From Bacteroidota bacterium (lineage in GTDB: Bacteria; Bacteroidota; Bacteroidia; CAILMK01; JAAYUY01): a DNA stretch of 64,000 nucleotides. The notes under the pieces were generated by a model. It had not been told where the DNA came from. It did not search any database and saw only the letters and a list, made by a program, of their open reading frames with translations. Made by a program: the position numbers and the translations under genes. Each line of letters opens with the position of its first letter. Within the stretch, counting starts at the first letter, position 1. The DNA lies in NCBI GenBank assembly GCA_018698135.1, contig JABINZ010000028.1, positions 3,698-67,697 on the forward strand, read 5' to 3'. This document shows, in pieces, positions 37,392-45,654 of this stretch.

Positions 37392-38402
37392 ATGGAAAAA
37401 ATATTATTAGGTCACGGAAGCGGTGGACAATTATCCCATGATTTAATCAAGGATTTATTTGTCAAACATTTTAATAATCAGACTCTGGATCAACAAACTG
37501 ATGCGGCTATTCTTGAAATTAATACAAAAAGTATATCCTTTACAACTGACTCATTTGTTGTAGATCCTATATTTTTCCCTGGTGGCGATATTGGCAAATT
37601 GGCGGTTTGTGGAACGGTAAATGACTTGGCAGTTTCGGGTGCTAAACCAAAATATATGAGTGCCTCCTATATAATTGAGGAAGGATTGCCTTATAAGGAT
37701 TTAGAAAGGATTGTCATCTCCATGGCCAATGAGGCTAAAATAGCAGGAATTAATATAGTTACTGGAGATACCAAAGTTGTGAATCGAGGAAAATGTGATA
37801 AAGTTTTTATTAATACGACTGGTGTTGGCGAAATTGAAGACAAATTCAAGGAAATTGGTAGTGGAAAAAATATTGAAATAGGAGATAAAATTATTATCAA
37901 TGGTACAATTGGCGATCATGGTATGTCGATTTTGAAAGCCAGGGAGTTGAACCGGTTCAAGGCAAATATTCAATCGGATTGTGCTTGCTTGAATAGTTTA
38001 ATATCAAAAGCACTTGAAATATCTGACAACATCCATTTCATGCGCGATGCTACCAGAGGAGGGCTGGCAACCGTTTTAAGTGAACTCGTTGAATCCAATA
38101 AATTTGGAATTGAACTATTTGAATCAGAAATCCCCATTCGTGAAGAAGTTCGTGGGATGTGTGAAATAATTGGTTTTGATCCTTTATACGTGGCTAATGA
38201 AGGCATCGTTTTAATGGTTCTTGGAAAAGATGATGCCGATCAGGTATTGGAAACGATACGAAAAGATGAATTAGGTAAGAATGCTGCTATCATTGGAGAA
38301 ATAACTGACAAACATCCAAGAAAAGGGTGGGTTCAAACTGAAATTGGTGGAAAGAGAATTATAGATATGCTGGCAGGAGAACAATTGCCGAGAATTTGCT
38401 AA
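37392..38402 (+). CDS. hypE: Hydrogenase maturation protein HypE
   Basis: AIR-synthase-like fold. C-terminal PRIC motif. Confidence 0.9.
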   Translation: MEKILLGHGSGGQLSHDLIKDLFVKHFNNQTLDQQTDAAILEINTKSISFTTDSFVVDPIFFPGGDIGKLAVCGTVNDLAVSGAKPKYMSASYIIEEGLPYKDLERIVISMANEAKIAGINIVTGDTKVVNRGKCDKVFINTTGVGEIEDKFKEIGSGKNIEIGDKIIINGTIGDHGMSILKARELNRFKANIQSDCACLNSLISKALEISDNIHFMRDATRGGLATVLSELVESNKFGIELFESEIPIREEVRGMCEIIGFDPLYVANEGIVLMVLGKDDADQVLETIRKDELGKNAAIIGEITDKHPRKGWVQTEIGGKRIIDMLAGEQLPRIC

Positions 38403-38423
38403 ATCAAACTCCCGGCAATAAGT

Positions 38424-38843
38424 TTAGTCTTCAATGGGATTACCATATCCGAATTTATCATAAAAAACGTTCAATGCTGATGATAAATCAACAAAAGACA
38501 CACTGTGATTTTTACATCCATGCCGAGAACAAATGTTTACTTTACCTCCCATTTCAAGTTTAAATTGAACCATAGGAGCATCACATACTTCACATGTTAA
38601 GTCAATAGCCAAATTCTCATTACAACTTGGGCAACTGAAGGTAGTAATCTCATTTTCTGCTACTTCGATTCCAACATGATGATCATAACAATCATAAATG
38701 GAACATAATCTCAATATCCCTTTTCCACTTTTCCCTTCAATATCCAGTTTTATACTTGGAAAGTTGTTCAACTGGTTGTAAGGATCCATCAGTGATTTTT
38801 TACAATGGGGACAGTTTACTTCAAAAATAATACTTTGTGGCAT
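38424..38843 (-). CDS. Cys-rich (10 Cys) zinc-ribbon-like protein, unknown function, paralogue A
   Basis: The ORF track starts at a TTG (38867). I prefer the ATG at 38843 (MPQSIIFEVNCPHC), which aligns with the paralogue start MSELSFEVNCPYC and lies 25 nt downstream of a -7 box. Cys pattern: CxxC, Cx4C, CxxC, CxxC, Cx4C. Confidence 0.6.
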   Translation of the reverse strand: MPQSIIFEVNCPHCKKSLMDPYNQLNNFPSIKLDIEGKSGKGILRLCSIYDCYDHHVGIEVAENEITTFSCPSCNENLAIDLTCEVCDAPMVQFKLEMGGKVNICSRHGCKNHSVSFVDLSSALNVFYDKFGYGNPIED

Positions 38844-38868
38844 AGTTTCTAATTTTGTTAAAGACAAT

Positions 38869-38876
38869 CAAATATA
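38869..38876 (-). promoter_or_regulatory. Bacteroidota-type -7 promoter box (TAnnTTTG) for Cys-rich paralogue A
   Basis: Minus strand reads TATATTTG, 25 nt before the ATG at 38843. It abuts the TTG at 38867, which argues against that start. Confidence 0.35.
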
Positions 38877-39081
38877 CTATATGTTTCAAATTTCAAGTAC
38901 TTTTAAGAGATGAGTTTGAGATTACAAACACTTAATTTTATTACTATTAAGCTCATAATTAAGCAAAAAATAGTACCTGAAAAAAAGCTAAACCACTAAA
39001 GCTGTGTGAAATGATTAACAGCACAATCTTTGAATTTGATCTGTGCTAAATGGGTAAATAAAAATAATTAATGAAAAAATA

Positions 39082-39489
39082 TTAACGTTCACCATAGCGA
39101 TGCTGATGGTAAAATGTATTTAGTGCTGATGTCAGATCAACAAAGCCTACGGAATGGTTTTTACAAGCACTTCGTGTACAAATTGTTACCTTTCCCCCGA
39201 TAGCCAATTTCATATCGGTCATAGGTGCTTCACAAATTGAACAAAATTCTTTGGAGGAAAGATGTTCATCACAGTGAGGGCAACTAAATTTTGCTATATC
39301 GCCATCTTTTATTTCTAAATCAGAAAAGAAATCGTAACAGCCATAAATACTACATAATCGAATTAATCCTTTATTTCCTTCAAACTCAATATTAAGTCGA
39401 ATACTAGGCTTATTGTTTAATAGCCTATAAGGATCCATTAAGCTTTTCTTGCAATATGGACAGTTGACTTCAAAAGATAATTCAGACAT
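39082..39489 (-). CDS. Cys-rich (10 Cys) zinc-ribbon-like protein, unknown function, paralogue B
   Basis: 135 aa. Collinear with paralogue A (FEVNCP.CKKSLMDPY..LNN.PSI...RLCSIY.CYD...FSCP.C...C..C.APM...GGKV.IC.R..CKNHSV.FVDL.SALN.FY). Confidence 0.6.
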   Translation of the reverse strand: MSELSFEVNCPYCKKSLMDPYRLLNNKPSIRLNIEFEGNKGLIRLCSIYGCYDFFSDLEIKDGDIAKFSCPHCDEHLSSKEFCSICEAPMTDMKLAIGGKVTICTRSACKNHSVGFVDLTSALNTFYHQHRYGER

Positions 39490-39734
39490 TTTTCTAATTT
39501 TAAAGATTTGCTATTGTAATAAATAATTTAGTTTTAATACAAATCCATAATATGATTAAAACACTAATAATAAATTAATTACAGTCTTTTATAATGACTG
39601 TACAATCAATTTACAAATACAAATTAAAGATACAATAAATTATTGACTTTTCAAACAATTTGAATTATATTATTAGCTAGTTTGCTATGTAACAATCATG
39701 CTTCTAATTATACAAATAAAAACCAGGCATTTTG

Positions 39735-39742
39735 TATTTTTG
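39735..39742 (+). promoter_or_regulatory. Bacteroidota-type -7 promoter box (TAnnTTTG) for hypA
   Basis: TATTTTTG, 19 nt before the ATG at 39762. Confidence 0.4.
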
Positions 39743-39761
39743 AAACCATTAAAAACAGACT

Positions 39762-40103
39762 ATGCACGAGCTATCCATTGCCATGAATATTGTTGAAATT
39801 GCTGAAGAAGAAGCACAAAAAGCTGGATCTACTAAAATAAAGAAAATTGAACTTGCTGTTGGAAAACTTTCGGGAGTAGTATATGAAGCTTTGGACTTTG
39901 CATTAAAGGAAGCTGTTAAAAACTCGATGTTAGAAGAAGCTGAAATATTAATTCATGAAATAGAAGGTGAGTCAAAATGTTTAAAGTGCTATCATATATT
40001 TGCTACGGAAAACATATTTGATATATGTCCTAAATGCAATCATACTCAGTGCGAAACCATTCAAGGTAAAGAACTTAAAATCAATTCTCTTTTTGTTGAT
40101 TAA
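39762..40103 (+). CDS. hypA: Hydrogenase nickel-insertion protein HypA
   Basis: MHELSI N-terminal Ni motif. Zn site CLKC...CPKC. 113 aa. Confidence 0.9.
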   Translation: MHELSIAMNIVEIAEEEAQKAGSTKIKKIELAVGKLSGVVYEALDFALKEAVKNSMLEEAEILIHEIEGESKCLKCYHIFATENIFDICPKCNHTQCETIQGKELKINSLFVD

Positions 40104-40119
40104 CCACTTGTCTAAATCT

Positions 40120-40150
40120 ATGATTTTTAACACACTGAATTAAAAATCAT
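40120..40150 (+). terminator. Weak AT-only hairpin after hypA
   Basis: ATGATTTTTAA / TTAAAAATCAT 11-bp stem with a 9-nt loop. No clear T-tract. Confidence 0.3.
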
Positions 40151-40234
40151 CTTTGAAAAATCACCAATTTTCCTTATCTTTAATAATTAACAGATTTAAC
40201 AAGAAACACTGTTAATCAATATTAAAAGAGAGAT

Positions 40235-40627
40235 ATGTTGAACTACAAAAGGATTACTTCAATTTTTCTTTATCTGGTTGCTATTCATTCATTTTGCGTT
40301 GGTTTATTACTCGTTATTTTACCTGCTGAAATTATTAGCATTTTTGGATTCAATGAAGTTCATAAAAACTTCTTCCAAGTTCAAGGTGGAGTTTTTCATT
40401 TGATTGTTTGTTTTGCATATATTGCTGGAGCCTTAAATCCAATACAGAATAGATTATTGATTAATTTCGCCATTTTTGCGAAGATTACAGCTTTTTTATT
40501 TCTATTCTCATATTACCTTTTTGTCCAATCAATTTTAAGTGTTTTACTTTCAGGCATAGTCGATCTTCTCATGGGCATAATTTTACTATTTCTGATTTCA
40601 AAAGTAACTTCATTTACTAAAGTCTAA
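40235..40627 (+). CDS. Small hydrophobic membrane protein (about 4 TM), unknown function
   Basis: 130 aa, hydrophobic almost throughout. 11 nt upstream of the SDR gene. Confidence 0.45.
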   Translation: MLNYKRITSIFLYLVAIHSFCVGLLLVILPAEIISIFGFNEVHKNFFQVQGGVFHLIVCFAYIAGALNPIQNRLLINFAIFAKITAFLFLFSYYLFVQSILSVLLSGIVDLLMGIILLFLISKVTSFTKV

Positions 40628-40638
40628 ATCCAAAACTT

Positions 40639-42255
40639 GTGATCTCACAAAGAAAACAAAAGAATATAATTGTAACTGGTGCTTCTGGTTTTGTTGGAAA
40701 ATATTTCATTGATTATATCAAAGAAGAATACAATGTTATTGCCATTGCACGAAGATCCCAAAATGAATCAGGAATAAGTTATCACCCCAATATTCATTGG
40801 GTACAATGGGATATTGCAAATACTTCATTTTTAAATCAGGTATTGGGATTTATTATTGCAAAAGGATGTGCTGATTTTATTGTGCATTTAGCAGGATACT
40901 ATAATTTCAACTATAAATACCACCCAGAATATGAACGCACAAATGTTTTAGGGACTAAAAACGTTTTGGAATTAGCCAAAAAGCTGAATATCAAACGATT
41001 CCTTTTTTCAAGTTCTTTAGCCGCTTGTAGTTTTGATAATAAAGATCGACTAATTAATGAAGAAACCGAAGCTGATGCACATTTTGATTATGCGATTAGT
41101 AAAAAGAAAGGAGAAGAACTGGTAAAACTTTACACACCTCATTTCAGTATTTCTATAATACGTTTTGCGGCTGTTTTTAGCGATTGGTGTGAATATCCTC
41201 CTCTTTATAAATTCCTAAGTACTTGGTTAAAAAAAGGATATGACAGCAGAATATTAGCAGGTAAAGGATTTTCAGGAGTAAGTTACATTCATATTTATGA
41301 TTTAGCACGCTTAATGAAAACAGTGCTGAAAAAACATGAAGAATTGCCAATTGATTCAACATATGTGGCAAGTCCAGATGGTAGCTCTACACATCTTGAT
41401 TTATTTAAAATATCGACTAAGGATTACTTTGGAAAAGAAAGACGACCAATTTTTCTTCCAAAATTCTTAGCATATCCTGGAATTCTTGTTAGGATTTGGA
41501 TGGGAAAGCTGAAAATTACCCCACCATCTTTCGAACAATTGTGGATGGTGAAATACATAAATGACCAATTAAAAGTCGATGCATCAAAAACAAGAAAAGA
41601 ACTAAATTGGGATACGACTCCACGATATCACATTTTGAGGCGACTCTTGTTTTTATTAGTCAATATGAAATCACACAAACAAGAATGGGACTCAAAGAAT
41701 GAAGCCAGCCTGAATAGATGGTCAATGCGTCCTAGCTTAAAGATTTATGAGCATATGCTTCAAATGCAAGATCATATTCTTAAAAAGGTAAGAATCTGTA
41801 TTATTGATGATGAAGAAAAAACCGAATTTGCCAATTTCAGATCATTAGGTAAAGTGGAATTTGATCAATATGTGAGTCAGATTTATCATTTGATAATGGC
41901 AACCGTTCGAAGCAGTGACCGAAGTTTGATGCTGGAATATATTGGAGATATTGCTGTTGACCGATTTGCAACTGGTTTTGATTTCGAAGAATTAAGTGAT
42001 TTCTTCCTATGCATTAATAAAATCATAGTTGAAGAAATGTTACAAATACCTGAATTAAGCAAACTGAAACAAGAAGTTTATGATAGTATAGAGCTGAGTA
42101 TTCAGATGGCTATTGATGAAATGGCTGACACCTATGAGAATCTGGAAATTAAGTTAACTCCTGAGAAATTAACAAAATTAAGATCTTTAAAAGATCAGAA
42201 AATGAGAGCGATAATGATTGAAAAACTAAGTGCGTTTTATCAGGAGAATGAATAA
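40639..42255 (+). CDS. Extended SDR (NAD-dependent epimerase/dehydratase family) with an unassigned C-terminal domain of about 200 aa
   Basis: GTG start. VTGASGFVG Rossmann motif. YAISK (YxxxK) catalytic pair. I recognise no motif in residues about 340-538. Confidence 0.65.
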   Translation: MISQRKQKNIIVTGASGFVGKYFIDYIKEEYNVIAIARRSQNESGISYHPNIHWVQWDIANTSFLNQVLGFIIAKGCADFIVHLAGYYNFNYKYHPEYERTNVLGTKNVLELAKKLNIKRFLFSSSLAACSFDNKDRLINEETEADAHFDYAISKKKGEELVKLYTPHFSISIIRFAAVFSDWCEYPPLYKFLSTWLKKGYDSRILAGKGFSGVSYIHIYDLARLMKTVLKKHEELPIDSTYVASPDGSSTHLDLFKISTKDYFGKERRPIFLPKFLAYPGILVRIWMGKLKITPPSFEQLWMVKYINDQLKVDASKTRKELNWDTTPRYHILRRLLFLLVNMKSHKQEWDSKNEASLNRWSMRPSLKIYEHMLQMQDHILKKVRICIIDDEEKTEFANFRSLGKVEFDQYVSQIYHLIMATVRSSDRSLMLEYIGDIAVDRFATGFDFEELSDFFLCINKIIVEEMLQIPELSKLKQEVYDSIELSIQMAIDEMADTYENLEIKLTPEKLTKLRSLKDQKMRAIMIEKLSAFYQENE

Positions 42256-42258
42256 GAA

Positions 42259-42756
42259 TTAAACCAGTACTTGATTTTCTCTCAAACTTATATGATGCAC
42301 CCATTGCTTCACTTGATTCAAAATTTCATTGAATGATTCTCTAAGCTTAATGCTTAATTCAGAACCAAACTCTAAGTATACATCAACTTCAATAGAAATC
42401 ACAAACACATTCTCAGGAATTTCAAATCCAATATTTTTCCAAAATGTAAAACAATCCTGAAATTTCATTTCGTGTATATTGGTCAAATGGAGTGTTTCTT
42501 TAAAATTGGTGATTTCATTTATTTCAATATATCCAGGAGGATTTGTTCTTTGAATAGTACCATCAATAAATACAACTGTGTTATATTCTGAGAGTTTTTT
42601 CCCCATATCAAGATTAAAGAGCAGTTCTGTATGGTAATGATGATTTTGAAAATAAGGATCGCTGGAAAGATAATCGACAATTTTCACACCCACACCATCA
42701 TCTGTTAGGATATCACTCCCCATTCCTACAATTAATATGTTGCTATTTTTACACAA
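42259..42756 (-). CDS. [NiFe]-hydrogenase maturation endopeptidase (second copy)
   Basis: ILIVGMGSDILTDDGVG motif. Directly abuts the mvhA-like stop. Confidence 0.75.
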   Translation of the reverse strand: MCKNSNILIVGMGSDILTDDGVGVKIVDYLSSDPYFQNHHYHTELLFNLDMGKKLSEYNTVVFIDGTIQRTNPPGYIEINEITNFKETLHLTNIHEMKFQDCFTFWKNIGFEIPENVFVISIEVDVYLEFGSELSIKLRESFNEILNQVKQWVHHISLRENQVLV

Positions 42757-44220
42757 CTACTTGCGCTGAATTGTTCGAATAATATGACCATCCGGTTGTC
42801 TGAAATTCACCTTCATCGGCATTTTACCTGGCTGAAAATGAGTAGCACATGAAAAACAAGGATCATAAGCACGAAATGCCATTTCTATCATATTCAAGAT
42901 TCCTTCAGAAACTGTTTCTCCTTTCTTAATTAAGCCTTGAGCTGCTTTTTTCAACGACATGCAAATAGCAGCATTATTATTTGTTGTTCCAACAATAATA
43001 TTGGCCTTGGTAACAATGCCTTTATCATCGGTCCAATAATGATGCGTTAGTGTTCCTCGTTGTGCTTCAACAGTACCAACACCTTCAGTTGGAGTTTTTG
43101 TTAATTCTTGTCTCAAATTTGTGCCAACAATATCAGGATCTTGTGCTAACTCAAGTGCATATTCTGCTGAATAGAGTAATTCAACTAATCTGGCCCAATG
43201 CATGGCAAGTGTTGCATGAACAGGTTTTCCGCCTAAAATATGATACATTCTTTCATATTCAGCTTGAGCTAAAGGAGTTGCCATTCCATCTGCTGCATTC
43301 AAACGAGATAATGGTGTGGCATGATATACACCTGAATCTTGTCCATCAACAAATCCTTTCCATCCTTTTTTCTTGAGATAAGGAAATTTTAAATAACTCC
43401 ATGGTTCTACCCTTTCTTCCACATAATCCCTATAATCGGCTGGAGCATATTTATACAATTCTTTCCCTACTGTGTCTACAACTCTTAACTTTCCATCATA
43501 AAAATTGACTTTGTTGTTTTCATCTACCAATCCCATTGAATGAATATTCAAATTATATGGACCATTAACTATGATATCTACATAATCTTTATTGGCTAAA
43601 ACAACATCATCAAAAATCTTCAATGAAAACTTAGCAAAATCAATAAAACCTTTTGCTTTTTCAACAATATCAACTCTTTGCTCTTCGGTTAAGCCTTTAC
43701 GAACTCCACCCGGTATATTCATCACCACATGGGTTTGATGCCCACCCAATAATGCCTGGATTTCCTGCGCAATTCTTCTTTGCTTGATAACCTCTGTTCC
43801 AATTTCAACTCCGACTTTTCCTATTACACCAAGTATGTTTCTTTCAGCCGGACTGGCAGTTGGACCTACTACAAAATCGGGTGCAGCCAATGCATAAAAG
43901 TGTGCAATATGACTATGCACAAAATGAGACATATAGAATAATTCGCGCAGTTTTTTTGCTGTAACAGTTGGTTCAACACCATAAACCATATCGGCAGCTT
44001 TACCACTTGCCATGTGATGACAACCAGGGCAAACACCACAAATCTTTGTTACAATCTGAGCTAATTCTTCAACAGGTCTTCCTTCACAGAATTTTTCGAA
44101 ACCACGTAATTCAGGAACCTGAAAATACACATTATCGACATCACCTTCATCAGTCAGGAAAATTTCAATTTTCCCATGTCCTTCTAGCCTTGTGATAGGA
44201 TCTATAGTAATTCTTTTCAT
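42757..44220 (-). CDS. mvhA: Cytoplasmic [NiFe]-hydrogenase large subunit, Mvh/group 3c type
   Basis: KICGVCPGCHH and DPCFSCATH Ni motifs with a cleavable tail. Operon with mvhG, mvhD and hdrA-like genes. Confidence 0.85.
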   Translation of the reverse strand: MKRITIDPITRLEGHGKIEIFLTDEGDVDNVYFQVPELRGFEKFCEGRPVEELAQIVTKICGVCPGCHHMASGKAADMVYGVEPTVTAKKLRELFYMSHFVHSHIAHFYALAAPDFVVGPTASPAERNILGVIGKVGVEIGTEVIKQRRIAQEIQALLGGHQTHVVMNIPGGVRKGLTEEQRVDIVEKAKGFIDFAKFSLKIFDDVVLANKDYVDIIVNGPYNLNIHSMGLVDENNKVNFYDGKLRVVDTVGKELYKYAPADYRDYVEERVEPWSYLKFPYLKKKGWKGFVDGQDSGVYHATPLSRLNAADGMATPLAQAEYERMYHILGGKPVHATLAMHWARLVELLYSAEYALELAQDPDIVGTNLRQELTKTPTEGVGTVEAQRGTLTHHYWTDDKGIVTKANIIVGTTNNNAAICMSLKKAAQGLIKKGETVSEGILNMIEMAFRAYDPCFSCATHFQPGKMPMKVNFRQPDGHIIRTIQRK

Positions 44221-45191
44221 AATACTTTCCTCCTTAAAATTGAACCGGGCAAACTAAATCTATAAAATGTTCCGGCAGGATCATCAATTGTATCAACAAC
44301 AGCAGCAATTTCTTCTGGTTTATCACCATCAATCATGGTGGCTACAGCACTTAACATTTTAGAACCGGGGTCAGGTACATCTTCGGGTGGACCATAACAA
44401 CCCCGACAGGGGGCATTTCCTTCAATGCACCTAACTCCGCAGCCTCCGCGAGTAGCTGGCCCCATGCAAATAACTCCCTGTTCAAGGAAGCAAGTTTCAC
44501 CATCATCTACTATATCAATCGGGCGTTTAAATTCTCTAATTTTTTTATTATCTGTTTTCGTTCTTTTACACTCATCACATTGAGACTTATTTAATGCCCC
44601 AATTACTGATCCTGCTGGAGGTAATTCAGCTCCTGTAACAATTGCTAAAAACACTTCAACTAAGCGTTCTGTTTGAGGTGGACAACCTGGTAAGTAATAA
44701 TCTACTTCAACAACCTGATCAAGCGTACGAACATCATTGTAGAACTCCGGTAATTCGAGGACACCTTCTTTCACTTTGTGTTTTTGTTCTGGTCGAATGT
44801 TATCTGGATTAACAGTTGATTCAGTCGTTTCATATACACGTTTGAGCAATTCTTCTTTGCTGGTAAAATTAGCTAATCCAGGAATTCCTCCCATATGAGA
44901 ACAACTGCCATAGGCTACCAATACTTTGGTTTTTGCTCTTAACAATTTAGCCATGTGCTCGTTTTCGCTATTTCGAACAGCTCCATTAAACAAACATAGA
45001 TCAATATGTCCATCAGGCATTGCTTCAACATCCTTGTATTTAATATCCAATGCAATTGGCCAAAATACCAAATCTGCATGTTCAACTACAGTAAACAGTT
45101 TTTCATGAACATCAAGTACAGAGACACAACAGCCACCACAAGCTGCTCCCCAATAAACTGCCATTTTTATTTTTGGTTTTGTTTCTACCAT
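44217..45191 (-). CDS. mvhG: [NiFe]-hydrogenase small subunit, Mvh type (no Tat signal)
   Basis: GAACGGCCVSVLD proximal-cluster motif. Additional Cys-rich C-terminal part. 4-nt overlap with mvhA. Confidence 0.8.
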   Translation of the reverse strand: MVETKPKIKMAVYWGAACGGCCVSVLDVHEKLFTVVEHADLVFWPIALDIKYKDVEAMPDGHIDLCLFNGAVRNSENEHMAKLLRAKTKVLVAYGSCSHMGGIPGLANFTSKEELLKRVYETTESTVNPDNIRPEQKHKVKEGVLELPEFYNDVRTLDQVVEVDYYLPGCPPQTERLVEVFLAIVTGAELPPAGSVIGALNKSQCDECKRTKTDNKKIREFKRPIDIVDDGETCFLEQGVICMGPATRGGCGVRCIEGNAPCRGCYGPPEDVPDPGSKMLSAVATMIDGDKPEEIAAVVDTIDDPAGTFYRFSLPGSILRRKVL

Positions 45192-45200
45192 TTTTCTAAT

Positions 45201-45626
45201 TTACGCTAATGTTTCAACGACTTCTTTAACTTTACAAGGACCCAATTCTTTGATATTCTCAGTGAATTCGTCTGCTAATGCTGAAAAGATTTTTCCTTCA
45301 CTAGCACTAATCCATTCCAACCTGATTCTATCTTTTTCGATCCCCATTTGATCAATAAACTTTTCTAATAATGTGAATCTTCTGAGGCATTTATAATTGC
45401 CTTCATGATAATGGCAATCACCCGGATGACAACCGCAAATCAGCACACCATCAGCTCCTTGACGGAATGCTTTCAAAACGAAAGTAGGATCAACACGCCC
45501 AGAACACATAATTCGGATTATTCTGATATTAGGTTCATATTTCATTCTGGATGTTCCTGCCAAATCAGCACCTGTATATGAACACCAATTGCAAAGAAAT
45601 GCGACAATTTTAGGATTAAAACTCAT
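45201..45626 (-). CDS. mvhD: MvhD/FlpD-type [2Fe-2S] hydrogenase delta subunit
   Basis: 141 aa. FLCNWCSY...MCSGRV...[11 protein letters not shown] matches the MvhD pattern. Confidence 0.85.
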   Translation of the reverse strand: MSFNPKIVAFLCNWCSYTGADLAGTSRMKYEPNIRIIRIMCSGRVDPTFVLKAFRQGADGVLICGCHPGDCHYHEGNYKCLRRFTLLEKFIDQMGIEKDRIRLEWISASEGKIFSALADEFTENIKELGPCKVKEVVETLA

Positions 45627-45654
45627 TTTACTCTCCTTTCAAATTAATAGTCAA

